Source: Squalus acanthias (lineage: Eukaryota). From it: a DNA stretch of 64,000 bases. The notes beneath the pieces are model-generated. The model worked only from the letters and a program-made list of their open reading frames with translations. It had not been told where the DNA came from and did no database searches. Below, one piece after another: positions 36,690 to 51,070 of the stretch. The stretch is from the NCBI GenBank assembly GCA_030390025.1, contig CM059438.1:79918001-79982000 (forward strand), in the 5' to 3' direction. Every line of letters begins with the position of its first letter. Position 1 is the stretch's first letter. A program made the position numbers and the translations under genes.

Positions 36690-37310
36690 TCTTCCCCGTA
36701 TCTCCTGAAGACAGTGATTCACTTCCATGCGTGCTGGAGGCCCTCTGGTGCTTCATCCAAGTGACTTTTTTTCATATTTGAGCCTTAACCATGAGCTTCA
36801 GTGTGCTATTCTACATAAAAGGCATGGCAGTTGAGCCTAATCCCATCCTCATCCATCCATCCATCCACTCATTCCAGCACTGGTTACGGAGTAGCAATCA
36901 GGAGCAGGAACTAGAGCGAGCCAGAACTTTCAGTTATCTTCCCAAACCCTTTCACTGTGCTGTATCCCTCCCCATGGAGGAAAAGCCTCCTTAAAACTTA
37001 CTACTTCAAATACAATTTCAGCCACTTCCCTAATTCTAATCCTACTCATGCAGGGGTCAACCCGAAACTGTGAAGCAACTGGAGATGTTTTTGCCATGTT
37101 CAAAGCACTATATAAATGTAAGTTATTGTTGAACTATGGGAAAGAGAGGGGAAAATGAGCCACAGAGACCAAATCCAATTATAGTGCCTCCACCCTTGCA
37201 TCAGCCAAGATCAACTAACTCAGCCTAGACCAGGGATTGAACCTGGGATTTTTATCTGTGCGGCTGAGTCATACACCACGTGATTCATTTATCTGCTGAA
37301 ACACTTGAGG
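36690..37310 (-). mobile_element. Ancient tRNA-headed SINE-like repeat interrupted by an L2 tail; related copies at ~10140-10300, 32670-32945, 38350-38460 and 40115-40360
   Basis: Minus-strand B-box ccaggttcaatccc at ~37232-37246. The copies share caggctcagc.tga / gtct.ggctc.ca..tgaa.aatggcca.ttg / cagga...gagg segments. Confidence 0.5.
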
Positions 37311-40300
37311 AAAGCATTTCAATATGGTTTTAACTCTGCATCCTTCGGGTGAGTGCTTTGGTTTAATTGACTTTTGGGGAGCTTGGGATGAGATTTTTAT
37401 TTGCTTGGCAGCCCAGTGAAAACAATGGATTGGTCTGTGTGCATGCAAATATCATCCTTTGTGGGGAGACACTGTTAATCAACTGGATGGGGTGCATAAG
37501 AGATTATGATTAAAATGCTCATGGGTTATTTTCAAAAATGTAGAGCTATAATTAGGCATTACACTTTATCCTAATGATTGTGACCCCAAGTTTAATAAAA
37601 AATTAAAAGCCTGTTTAGACTGTCATTCTCATGACTTACGTTACATTTTAAAAATATTTTTATTCATTTAAACATTAAAATCAGTCCTTCTTTATACTTT
37701 TCAATATTGAAAATTTTATTCATCCAGGCAAAGTTTCAAAAAGAACTGATACTGTATGGCCCGCCAACTTTTCTCCCACCTATTTTTTTTTAGAACAGCA
37801 ATTTTGTTTCAAATCAATTTTAAAATGATATACTGCACCAAACTGTTATATTTCCCCAAATAAGAGCGCAGCTTTAAGTTATGTATTTAACTGCCATACA
37901 TCATAATGTTATTGCTGTAAATATACGCACACAAATAAGGGAATAGATTCTACTCTGTCAATAATTATAAGCAAGGTTTCTACAATGTGGAAAAGCTCAT
38001 TTGTTACATCATCTCTTTGTATCAAACAGCTTATTTACATTTCAGATTACATTTTTCATGAAACACTGAGATCTATCAGCACTAAGAGTCTGAAATAATG
38101 AGGGAGAAAGACTTTTAATAACACATCAGGTCTGCATTACTTCCGTGTCAAAAAGAAAGGTTTCTTCTATAGTGATGGCTCATTTATTCTGCCCATAAAT
38201 GAGAAGCAAAGATGAAACTGATGAACTTTTACTGCCCATTTGTCTTTAGCAGACAATTAAGACTGAGGAGATCAAAATGGATTATCATACCATGCAGACA
38301 ACCAGCCTAGCAGTCATACATCTCCGAGGCCACAGATTTGTGACTCCCTTTCATCCCTCCCCTTTCTTCTTATGCTTTTTCCTCTCTAAAGGCAGCAATA
38401 GCTTTGTGGCTCAAGGGAAGCCAAAAGCCTGGCCATCATTAGTCAGTCACAGATGCCGATCTAACGTGTTTTTTCTGTTTCTAAAGGATCGAGCCACAAT
38501 AATTTGTGACAGAGTCCCCCGCAGTAGTATAAAGACCTTCAGGAATAAAATTTCACTGGTAGTAGCAGCACCAACAGAAGCCTCTGATCCACTGCAATGA
38601 CTACAGTACATCTGAAATTTATTTTACCCACAAACAAGCAGATGCATTCATATTTGGTAGTCTTCTTTTCAAGCAATACTTTAAAAAAAAAATCATTTTT
38701 CTTTTGACAGTTACAAGGCCGTGAGTCAGTGTAAAGTTTACTTCTATCAGACAAACCAGCAAATAGGCTCTTCTCGCTGACAAGAAGGCCACCATTTTCC
38801 AATTAAGTGCAAAACTACAACAAACATTTGTACAAAGAAGGACAAGGCTTAAATGGCAAATGTGCTACACATCTTTATTGAGGTGTATGCAAATTATTTT
38901 GGAGCAATTAATTCAGAAATACATTAAACAGAAATCCTTTGTGTAAACACCAAAAACATGAAGAAAACAACAATGGAGCTTCTTTTTGTAAAAAAAAAGC
39001 TGCATCTTCCAGATTTGCTAATTAATAAAGACTTTATGTGCCCGAGCTGATTTACAGAATAGCAATCACGACGAGAGCTTCAGATGACATCATATGGTCA
39101 AACAAGCTCAAGGAGTTTAAAACCACTGTCTAAACCCCCAGATGAGAAATCCCTCCCATGGATCCATTATTTTTGATGATGCATATACTGTGGTGCTGGT
39201 GGGACAATTTTATTGCTGATGCCAAGCTCCATGGCAGACATCACAAATACCTGTTTTTTTCTTAAATTTGGCAAATTGTAAAAATGATTTTTCTTTTAAA
39301 GTTCATACAATATCTGTTTTATGCCTATAAATGTTACTGTTGCAGTAAATGATCTAATGTTACTAATGTTAATTTAATTAGAGAGAAAGGTTTGTTAAAG
39401 GTGAAATATAACACGTCACGATTATGATCAGATAAACTTAGATTTCCCCCTCCCCATAAACTTATTTTGTTCACTTCTAAAGTCCACCTGCAAAATGCAG
39501 CTTTTCCTGGTCAAGAAAGTGTGCAGGCATCCTGCTACCTAGCCTCTCTAAATGAAACTCTACAATTGACTTGTTAAGAGGTGTAGAAGATTGGTGAATT
39601 GTACTCCCTTTCTATGATGGGACACTAATGTATGGTACCTCACCACTGTTGGGGAGGGCAGAATACAGATGCGCCTGTGCCCCACCACTCCATCATACTT
39701 TATGGTACACAACAGAGCTTATACTTGGATTTTATAAGCCTGTTTAAGACAACTTTACAAAAGAATCAAGTTTTCATTAGGAAAACAGTAACTGAGAATT
39801 AATAGATTCAAGGGGATAAGTAAGAGTTAACAGAGTTTTCTATCTACATACATTTTAAGACTTTAGTCCACTGAGTATTTTGCAATGAATAAATTTATAA
39901 GACAATATGACTTTAGCAAAATATATTATAAAACCAAAAGCTGAGCACAAAATGTTCTTTTGGAAGAACATAATAAACATGGAAGCTCAAATACTGTCTC
40001 ATTGCTTAAAATGTTCCAGCTCCCCAATAGTTAAATGGGAAGACACACCACTTGTTATAAGTAATGAGCCATGCAGACCAGAAAAGTCCGAAATCCAACC
40101 CCAGTCTATGGCAAGTTAGCTGGTCTAAGGCAGGTTGTGGTAGGAACGCTACTGTTGTCCTCGGCACCCCTGAGCTAGGACTGACTCCCACTAGACAGAA
40201 TGTATTGGAGGAGGGCAGACGTAGCTGAATGTCCCCCTCAATCCCTTTCTTGTCTCACACATGAAGAACGGCCACATTGCTAAGGCACCACAAGACTGCT

Positions 40301-41274
40301 GGCACCCACAGGACTGCATTCCAACAAGAGGCAGCACCTTCACCAGAAGGGTCAAGAAGATTTGATTGTGGGGAGGGGGATGTGGAGGGAGAACTTCTGA
40401 ATGTAAAGTTATTTAATATTTTCAATATCTATAATAAAACTAATTATGAATAAATGTTTAAAATATAGGACAGTGATCTAGATCTCGCCCATTCTATCAG
40501 AGGAAGGCATCGAGTCGAGCTCAGGCCATTCCCACAAGGACGGTGGCGGATCAAAGGATAAGAAACTCAGGCGGCTCTCACGCGCCTCCTAGCAGTCATC
40601 ACAAAAATATCCTAACACAGAGCAGATCCGCAGTCCGCTCTGTGTTGGAGCTCTAGGGGAGGAAGAGGAAAATAAATAGAAAGATTTATCACATTTTCTC
40701 AAGTTTCAAAAGGTACTTTGCTTGAGAAACATTTTACAGTAAACTTACATCTTTGTACACTTAACATCACAATAGGATAGTGTATACAATAAACAGCATC
40801 TTTTCAAAACTGCCATCAAGAGAACTGGTTCGAGAGAAACTGTACTACAGCAAGCTACACGATCATGTATTAGGCCTTCATAAATTTCACAGTGGCATTG
40901 TTTGCATCACGTCACTGATGCTCTTTTACTTTGAACTTCCAATTTGTCATTTAAACAGCTATTTGCCAGATAACAGGCACAAGGAAAACTTAAAAAACGT
41001 ATTTCATCTGTTGTTCATATATGTTGGCATGTGCTTTACTTCACAGAATTGCTTTGAAAAATTACCATGCTGGGTTACAAATTTTGCCTCCTACTGTATA
41101 TCTTTTCAAACTGTCAATGTCATCATCATCTTCATCAGTGGCTCTTAATTATCACCCCCATCTCTTCCCCAAAAAATTCATTTGTCTCCTTCATTAAACT
41201 GAACAGCAGTGATATCTTGAGTGACTCTGAAATAAATTTTGCCATGTAAAAAAAGTTAATTACGCATTCCAAAC

Positions 41275-41318
41275 CTGGTCGCTGTAGTCCTCAGGGAATT
41301 GCCTCCGCACCTCAGGAT
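41275..41318 (-). CDS. dennd1a: DENND1A 44-bp coding exon, probably exon 3
   Basis: Minus strand reads ttatttacAG|ATCCTGAGGTGCGGAGGCAATTCCCTGAGGACTACAGCGACCAG|GTttgg = (D)PEVRRQFPEDYSDQ. It ends in phase 0 and joins in frame to the 38-87 exon. Confidence 0.95.
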
Positions 41319-44163
41319 CTGTAAATAATTGACAGATAATATTAATTGGCTTTGGATTAGCGAGCAAGCAGAGTATCACACATTAATATTTGATCAGAAG
41401 ATGATAGGGACCTGGCAGGGGATCCAAGGGGCAGCTGAGGCTGTTATGTTGATTAGGGCCAGTGAGAACTGTTCAAGGCTTTCCCCTTTTCCCTCCTCCA
41501 GTTAGGAAAAAAAGGAGAATATTTGGCGCACCCTTTAGCTTCAAGACAGTTTTCTACCCTAACCTCCTACTAGCTGCAAATTGCCATCTAGATGTGTTGC
41601 CAGAATATCAGAAGGTCTTTCAAATTCCAGAGAGCCTGCTTTGATTGTGATTTTATTAGCTACCTAGTTTGGCTGACTACAGAGCATAATAAGATAAATG
41701 TCCCAAATTTAGGCTACATCTCTGCCAGCTACTGATGTTCTGCTACCAGCATCCAGCAGAGCATGCACAGTGTTATCACAGATCAACTTATGAATAATAG
41801 GGGGACATGCAGAAGGGTCAATTTAATGCGTGGAATTCTTCCAAAAAATCCCCGACTCCAAACAGTTCCTTGAGGCTAATTAGAACAGTGCTGAACCTTT
41901 GTCAGCATGCATGACAACAGTATCAAAGATTTAAGGAGGGAAAAAAAGGGATGCTGTACATACAGAACACTATAAGTGACAGCAAATATTTCTTAAAACA
42001 TACGCTTCAACTTGTTTTGTCAGATCTCTGCTGTCATTAGATTATGAAATGTAGTATATTGGCAGGGGATTGCGATGTACTTCTATTAGCCCCAATTACA
42101 TGAATGCAGTTAATTGAGACAAAATTAGAATTAACTGCTGATCCAGATGAAACAGCATTACACAGTAAAAACAATGATGATCAGTCGCATACAGATTCAG
42201 TCTTGTAACAACAACAAAGAAAATTCTCCATACTCCAGAGACCCCAAAAAAAAGTACATATTGGAATTAATTCATGTTAACAAAAAATGTTTTAAAAATT
42301 CCAGAGTAAAATTAGTTTAAAAGTCCCCCTGCAGAATGTATAGGCAAAGCACATCCTCCGGCTATAGCGTGTATGCTTGTACGTAACAGAGTACCAATAC
42401 TGGTGCTTGCAACTTTATGTAATTTGCGCTCAATTCATGCTCTAGTATCCCTAGAGTACTGTAGCTGCTAGGTAAATGGGAAAAAAATAGTGGAGTAAGT
42501 CAATTCAGACAAAGTTGATCCACATAATGATTTGATTTCCTGTGTAGAGAACATTATTGATTTTGGTGAACATGCATCTTTAACCCTTTAGGCGTTATGC
42601 TGTGCAAACATTCAAACTTGATTTTTTTTTTTTAAAGTTTTTGTCATAAGTGGAAAGTAAAGATCACATTTGGAGGCATAAATGGTAGAAATGCTATAAT
42701 TAGCAGAAAATAATGAACTGACTTAACATTTTCATTGATAATACACATTGTAACTATTGACTAATCTGTCCCCATACAACTGGTCACGGTAATGAGTGTT
42801 AGGCTACTTGACTGTGTAGGGCAACCAGTCCAGCTGTGATTTAAATAGTTTGGAACTTATTCCACAGAAGAATATTATGACTACATCAATAACAGCCCAC
42901 AGACACCCCACCAAGAAAACCTACCACTGAAATACATTTTAGGTTACTAGCTGGGGTAATTGAAATATTGACTTAAAATTGTATTCCAAGTGAATCTGGG
43001 TTTGTTCAGTGTGACAGTACCATGATAATAGGTGAGAGCCTAAATGCATATTTAACTAAGAAGTGGATCTAATTCTAAGATGGTTACAAGTTACAGAATT
43101 TTTGATTCACTATATCAATCAAATATTCTATTGCAAAAATAATTGGTTGGCATAAGCCTGGCTAATGGTATTTTTCATGAAAAAATGATTACATTATGCT
43201 AGTTAGAATCCAGGGTCCAGTGGCTATTTGTAATCATTTTATGACTCGCAAATTATTTTCAAGTTACTATTCCAGAATCAATCTGCCTAGAAAACTACTT
43301 TATCAGGTCTAATTTTCACATTTATGTAATCAGAAAAATAAATATTTGTGTTAACTGGATTTAACATTAATTATCCTCCCCCCCCCCCTGCCATTTTCCC
43401 ATGTCCATTTCACCCCCTCCCCCATACACTTTACATAGACAGTTTTCCATGATGTTAATCTGCTCTTTTTACCCCTGTTTGGTCTAATTTACTTTATTTC
43501 TTTGTTCAGATACTTGTTGGTGAACTTGGCCACAAGTGTATGTAAACGAAAAGTTCCAAGGGGACAAATCGTCCTCAATCTGCAGATCCACTGGTGTGGA
43601 TTTGAATGGAATACCTTTTGTTGGTTCTGGTGTTAAGAAAAAAGTAGGCCCTCAGACGATTAGAAATTTGATCCCTTAAGTTTTCCCTTCTGTGACATAA
43701 AATATGCTCTCTTGGAGCAGCACTCTCCTCGCAGGGGTACACTCTCCTCCCCATAATCTGAACAAGAGGCAGGCGGACAGCCAGCTGGACACACTGAACA
43801 GACAGCCGGACCAACCACAACAGCCTTGCTGTGGTGCAAGTCGAACTCATTAGTTTCATTGTACCGAGTAAGTCACTGTAGAGCAACAATACATACCTTA
43901 TACATGAATGTAATTACTAATTCACAGTTTATATGGCAAGACATGCTTTGAATAACTAAAGCAATTTTCATTAATTTAATTACTGTAGTCATTTTGAGTC
44001 GTCTTTTTATTTGCTGCTTAGCAAAAATATGTAGCCTGTAAGAAAACTGGCATTCTAATCGTAAATACTGTTAATAGGAACTGCAAAACTTTGGGTAGCA
44101 AGAGAGTGGGCTTTGGATAGAAAACAGCTATCCACATTAATTTAACTCAGAATATTACTTTAA

Positions 44164-44525
44164 AATGATGAAAGGTTTTGATAGAGTCGGCACAGAGAGT
44201 GTGTTTCCACTGGTGGGGAAGAGCAAAACTAGAGGCCATCAATATAAGATCGTCAGCAAGAAATCAAATAGGAAATTCAGAAGAAACTTCTTTACCCAGA
44301 GAGTGGTGAGAATGTGGAACTCGCTACCACAGGGAGGGGTTGAGGTGAATAGTATAGATGCATTTAAGGGGAAGCTAGATAAGCATGAGAGGGAGAAAGG
44401 AATAGAAGGTTATTATGCGTATATAGTTAGATGAGGAAGGATAGGAGGAGGTTCGAGTGGAGTATAAATGCTAGCATGGACTGGTTGGGCCAAATGGCTG
44501 TTTCTGTGCTATATATTCCATGTAA
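44164..44525 (+). mobile_element. CR1 LINE 3' fragment
   Basis: MMKGFDRV...FPLVGKSKTRGHQYKI...FRRNFFTQRVVRMWNSLP followed by the 3' UTR. Confidence 0.88.
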
Positions 44526-47500
44526 TTACAGTTTAAATGCCTTGAAAAGTGTGTCACAAGTTTTAACGCAGATTTTGCAGCAATCTTATATACAATTATA
44601 TTGTCAATACTGTACATCAACCTTTAAGTGTTTACTTAACTGTAAAATATAGTATGCAGCATTTGCCTTTCTAAATACAGTTTAAATCTCTCCATGGCTA
44701 GCCTTTCCCCAAGTCTGTGATCTGCGACCCTATGTCTCTGCGTACACTGGGCGGACTTCCATACCGACTGCTTCTGGTTCCCTGATTTCCATCAGTGGCC
44801 GGTCCTCAAGCTACCTTTCCCCAAGGAACTCCCTTCCTCAACATCTTTGCCTTTCCACCACCTACCCGGTCTTTAAAAACCTCCATTCCCTTCTTTTGGA
44901 CTGTGCTTTTGTTCCCTTCTAACCTTCTTCCTCTTCTTTCTCTCACTCTCCCCCTCACTCAGCGTATACTCACTGTCCACCAGACTTCAAACGCTCCAGG
45001 GCACTTTTCTATACCTGATGAGCGCTACAGCAATGTAAGCTGTAAATGAAGCAGAATTGCCGAGGCATAACTATTAACAGACTTTGCAGTCTCTGGTTAA
45101 ATCTAATTTCCACAGGAAATTAACACATCGAGAGCACTGGAATCGGTTTTAAATAATAACCAAGTCATCGAACGCTTTCACCACAACTCACTTAAAAATA
45201 TCTGTGTACACATACAACAATTCAAGTTTTCTTTAACTCCAAGTTGGGAAAAAACCCACAAGAAGCTGCAGAAATATCAGTTTAATGCGTGCTGTGGTAC
45301 AGTAGCAGACAAATTGTTCGACTGAATTGCACCACTTTTCAGTGGATCCACCAGGTGGAGCTTCCCACAAAGGACAAAACAGAGTGCTCATCTTGTTGGT
45401 CAAACTATGGAACAATACAGGTGTTGGAAGCAGAAGAAAAGCATGCAGCCCACTCTGTGGCATGATGCTGTTCCAGTACATTGGAGATGAGCAGGGAGCA
45501 GGTGAGGAAATGCTAGAATTTAAACAAAGGCCAAAATCAAAAAAATTCCCTCGAATTCTAACAAAAGCAAAAACTATAAACTAGCAGCTGAAGTAATGAC
45601 GCTGCCCTTCCGGACAAACTGGAAAGGTTACATCCTAAAATAAACACACCAGTCCAATCACAACAGAGCAGCCCAAGGCTGATCCAAATTGTCCACAATT
45701 GCAGAAGTCACAAAACCACTAAGATTAGGATGAAAATGGCAATTTGATTGCATCCTTCCAGAACCCTGCCATCTTCCCATTGCAGCATCTAGCTGGGTTT
45801 TTTTTTAAATGAGTCACGTATCTTGGCCTCAACAACCCTTACTGGAAACTGTACCCTCTTGTCCTGCTGCACTGACATATCCAAAACTATTCTTTCAGAT
45901 TTACTTTCTCCGTGAAGTATATTATACACCTCTACAAGACCCCCCCAGCCCGAGACTGAAGAACCTGTCAGGATGTCTCACATAGCTCTTCCATTAGACA
46001 CTGAGGATTAACCTGCCAACGTGGGATTTGTTAAAAAGGAACAGTGCAAGACATCTAGACCGGCCTCAAGACTACTATAAAGGAAGTGAAAAGGTACATA
46101 TAAAATATCGTGGCTTTCAACATTCCCTTATGACAGTCAAAATGTTGTAAGTTCTAGGGCTGGTGACTTGTGAAATATGGCCTCGGACAAGTGAAGGAGA
46201 AGGGTTGTTTCACTACATCACTTTGGTGTGAAATAGTGTACAGAGGATTCATCTGTATTTATTTAAATATATTCAATTTCAGGCTTAGAAAGTAAGTTGG
46301 GTCAGAATACATACCGTTAATTGCTAACTAACTTTTTACATTCCATCTGTGAAATAAGTTGAATACACTATCTATCTTATAAATACATGTATGCTCATAC
46401 AGGGAATCCCAAGCTATTTCCAACTGTCAGTGTAAACGCAGGTTTGGAAGCCTTTAATGCCTGAGCATCGCTCCTTAGCGGATAGACATTCCACTGAATA
46501 GAAAGCAGGCTAAGTGATGGAAGTGAGGGGAAGAGAAGGGGCATGAATAACATCTGCCATCGGTAGAAGAGTGATAGTCGAGTGATTATCTCTGAAATTC
46601 AATCTCTCTAAAATTCAATTTCTCCCCAATAAGTAGGGTATTCCTTTAAATGCAGCTAGATAATTATGCAATAATGTGGACCATTCACTAAAACCATCTC
46701 AATTCAAGACTGCAATAAACAAAATGTTAAGACATTTAGCCAGATACATAGATTATATATCCAGGAAAAAAGTACAAAAAAGGAACTTTAGTATAGGGAT
46801 ATGTACAAGGAATTGTGCGCGCTTATATCGACATCAATATTGAACAATCAGATGGCGTTCCTCTATTGCTTTCTTCCTGCAGTTACAAGATTTCCTTCAT
46901 AGAGCCCTACCCTTATCCATATGTTTTGGCAAATTCTCGGTCAACACTGATTGATCTGTAGAGACCATATTGATACTGATCCCACTCCCACCAAATTATA
47001 TGATTTTGAGCCCTGAAAGAGAATCCCCTTACCCTACTGTCTAAGTACAGAACTTCACAGAGGAGTCCTGTAACTGTATTACAAGACGTCAACTCGAAAA
47101 CAGCAAAAAAAGAGGAAACAAAAGTAGGAAAAATTGACAAATGGAAACTGAATTCAAAGAAAGACCAAATCACAATGTCCAAGAGCAAGGGCATGGTGCC
47201 ATTATCTTCCAACATGCAGTGGACACTGCCGTGATGAATTGTGCAGACTACTAAATTAATCTAATCTACTGAAGGTGGCCAACCACACAAGAATCCTTGA
47301 ATCTAAAGCCTCTGGTAGAAATACAGCTGTGTTGTTAATACAGTTCTAGAAATCCTTGGCACTGGCCCGTCTTGCACTAGAAGCAGAAATAAGGCACCAG
47401 TTCCCAATGCAATCGACCCCCACGCTATGAGCATTAAACTTTATTTGTAAACAAAATCTTCACTGTATAAAGAGTAAAACATACCTATGCTCCCCTTTCT

Positions 47501-49264
47501 TTGAACATGTTCAGAACTGTGCTACTAAATTAAAGCCAGCAGGCTAAAATTAAAAGCTGCACAAAAGTCAGACATCATCTTTTTAATGGTTGTCTGAATA
47601 TGTAGAAAGATGCCAACTTCACTTTTATTGGCTGACACGAGACATAAAAGCTACTGATTGGGCTTAAAAAGAATAAAAGTTTTTATATATATTTTAACGG
47701 GTTGTGCACTGTGAATACCAAAGATTTGACTTTTGCTTAACTACCCAAGTGTCATAAAAATTCATAAACCTCAAACATGGAGCCAAGACTGCTGAAAAAG
47801 ATTCTTTATTGAATCAGTACATAATCAGCTTTGTATGCAATTCTTTAGCAGCAACAGAACACTTTTCTTGCAAACAGCAGCAGCATGGAACATGTAAGAA
47901 CGTGGCACCCTGTGGTTATGCAAACTGTCTTAAAATTTTCTGCTTGGCAGAATTCCATTTGCGTGTCTGTGTGTTTTTACAAGTACTGTACTTTGTGCAT
48001 TATACTATATCAGCTGTATTTCATTGAGTTTTAAATAGTCTGGTAACATTCTGAAGTCTTCTGCATCTTTATTTGGAAACAGTGATTAATGGAAAACAAT
48101 GCATCATTCTTTATTGTATATACTTTAAATTTATGTTATTCTTTGGCTTTATTCAGTGCAACACAAAATACCAATGATTTAAAATATATTGCTAGAGAAC
48201 TGATCTGTAATAGTGAGAAACATATTGTGGATAACTATTTCTGCAGGATTTTCCCCAGGAAAGAATTATCATGGAAGAAAAAAATCACTGCCAAGCATCC
48301 AATGGTTATATACCAGCAAGCGCACCAAATCTGAAGCTGTGTTTAAGAGTACAAGTCCCACTTGTACAGGTGTGCAATGTGATTGAATCAGAAGAAGTAA
48401 ATTAAAGTTTTTCCGCCATTCTTGAGATTAGATTGTTCTCACAAAGTACTATCACTACAGAGGGAGTTACGTCCGAGCCCAAGGCAAGTGCAGCTCTGAC
48501 AAACCCTGTGTTGGTTTGCAGCCAAATCCAACAACAGTAACACGCGGTGACTATGTGACAATTACTCCATGTGGCTGCCTTGTAGATGGAATGCATCAGG
48601 CTTGAAACTAGTCCAAAATTTAGCTGCTGCTTATGTGAAATCGTCCTCAACTTTATTTGTGGCCCCACGCTCTGGAATGTCCTCCCTCTCCTCCTTTAAG
48701 ACCCTTTGACAACACTTTTGATCACCCCCTCCCCCAATATCTCCTTTGGCTCAGTCCCCATTTTTTCCCCTTATGCCTCTGTAAAGCACCTTAGGATGTT
48801 TTTGCTATGTTAAAGGCGCTATATAAATGCAAGTTGTTGTCATTGAACGAATCTCCCCAATATTACAAGCAGCAAGGCATCCTTACCCAAAGGTTTGCTT
48901 TAACAGCTAACAAACTGCTGAGATTGTCTGGCACTTTCAGAGTTGTCTGCATAATCAGAGAGCTTTTATCAGGCTTATGACAGATCTTCTGATCATTTTC
49001 TATTGATGTGGAACAGAACAAAATGATAGTAATTCCTTGAACTAGAAATAATTCAGATACCACCTTATAAGTAACCTTGGATATTGACAAAAGACTCTCT
49101 TGTCCTCCTACCACATGCTTTTGCAATTTTAATTAATATAATGTAAACTAAACATAGATTAGTCCAAAACAGTGCTGCTTAGATTCAGCTCTACTCAAAA
49201 TAGGGCCTCAAATCATTTTCAGAATTTCAGATTATTAACTGAAACATTTATAAATGTTCAACTA

Positions 49265-50600
49265 CAGCAACAACTTAGAATTTAATATTCCCTCAGGCGA
49301 GAAAAAAAACACTGATCAGTGGTAGGAGGGTTGCGGCAGTGACCAAAAGGGGTAGATTTTAAGGAAGCTTTTGAGGGAGATAGAGAAGTAGGAAAGCGAG
49401 AGGTTTAGGGAATGCACTCCAGCGTGTGGGGCCAAGACAAGCAAGGTTCTGCTGCAGTCAGTGAAGCAAGGAGGTCAGAGACACAAGAGTATTGAGTACA
49501 CACTTTAACATTGAGCGGAAGAAGGTTGCAGAGGTTAAGAAGGGGCGAGACCATGGAGGGATGTGTAGATGAGGATGGGAATTTTGAAATGAATTCATTG
49601 TGATTTGAGAAGCTCATGAAATTTGCTGAAAATGGGGGAGCAGAGGTGAGGGATAAGATAGGAACAGGAGTCGGCCATTCAGCCCCTCGAGCCTGTTCCA
49701 CCATTCAATGAGATCATGGCTGATCTGCATTTTAAATCCATGCACCTGCCTCGGCTCCATAGCCTTTTATACCCTTGTCCAGCTAAAACCCATCAATCTC
49801 AGATTTAAAATTATTAAGTTAACTAGCATCGACTGCTTTTTGTGGGAGAGTTCCACACTTCTACCACTTCTTGTGTAAAAAAGTGTTTCCTAACGTCTCT
49901 CCTGAAAGACCTGGCTCTGATTTTAAAGTTATGTCCCCTTGTCCTAGACTCCCCCACCAGCGGAAAAAGTTTCACGCTAACTATCCTATCAATTCCTTTC
50001 AAAATCCTAAAGCCCTCAATCAAATCACCCCTCAACCTTCTATATTCCAGGGAATACAAGCCTAGTTTATGTAATCGCTCCTCATAATGTAACTCTTGGA
50101 GCTCTGGTAACATTCTGGTGAAGCTGTGCTGCACTCCTTCCAAGGCCAATATATCCTAAAGCGCGGTGCCCAGAACTGTACACAGTGCTCCAGATGTGGT
50201 CTAACCAGGGCTTTGTACAGCTGCAGCAAAACTTCCTCTCCTTTATATTCAAGCCCTCTAGTTATAAAGGCTAACACTCCATTAGCCTTTTTGATTATTT
50301 GATAATAAGCTGATAAGATACAGGCAGCGGAGTTTTGGATGAGTTGTAATTTGTGAAGGGTGAAACTTAGGCAGCTAGCAAGGAAGGTACTAGAGTAATG
50401 GAATCTGGAGGCTAAAACGGTATTAAGGATTTTGGCAATGGTAAGGGTGAGGTAGGGACAGAGGTCAGGCAATGTTGCAGCAGATAGAAATAGGTCATCT
50501 TGGTGATGGCTAGAATATGAAAATTGAAGCTTAGCTAAGGGTAAAGCAGGACTGAGTGGGTAGCCAAGGAGATGAATGGAGTTGAGTGCCAAGGTGAAAT
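49265..50600 (-). mobile_element. Old L2 fragment split by a CR1 insertion
   Basis: The minus frame LHKLQLIQNSAACILS ends at the CR1 junction, and the L2 3' region continues at 49265-49651. Confidence 0.7.
49661..50311 (-). mobile_element. CR1 LINE 3' fragment nested in L2
   Basis: IIKKANGVLAFITRGLEYK...LVRPHLEHCVQFWAP and YEERLHKLGLYSLEYRRLRGDLIE, flanked by the direct repeat GATAAGATA (49652-49660, 50312-50320). Confidence 0.9.
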
Positions 50601-51070
50601 TTCATGAGTAGGACAAGCACAAACATTTTTCGTAATAGGACAAATTACTGGTTTCTAAAGACATCGTTAATCACATCACATGATGCATATACCCTGTAGC
50701 AGCTTAATTTGACATGAATAATCACACTATTCAATTCCAATTATCCAACAAGACAAGTAAAGTTGGTTCTGAGTGTATGACTAAATACACAGTTCTAGAC
50801 AATGTAGGACAGGATAAGTGATCAGTTTTTATTTTATGTATAGGGTGGATTATATAATCTTGAATTAGATATAGCACAAAGCCAATATAGTGTCGCTTTG
50901 CTCCAATACAATGTAGCCTGTCTCAGACAGGCAGGTAGATGGATATTGCATGGGTTTCTGTAACCAATCATTGAGTTGCAAATGTTCCTAATTTTGAAAA
51001 CATTAGCCAAAATTATCCAACTTTTTAAATTGCAGTTTAAACAGCCAATCGGGTACATTTCAACATGAAT

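Larger units (their letters stand above)
88..41274 (-). other. dennd1a: ~41.2-kb GT-AG intron of dennd1a; 41319-64000 is part of the preceding intron
   Basis: Bounded by the two recognised exons, whose peptides are contiguous in DENND1A. Confidence 0.88.
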
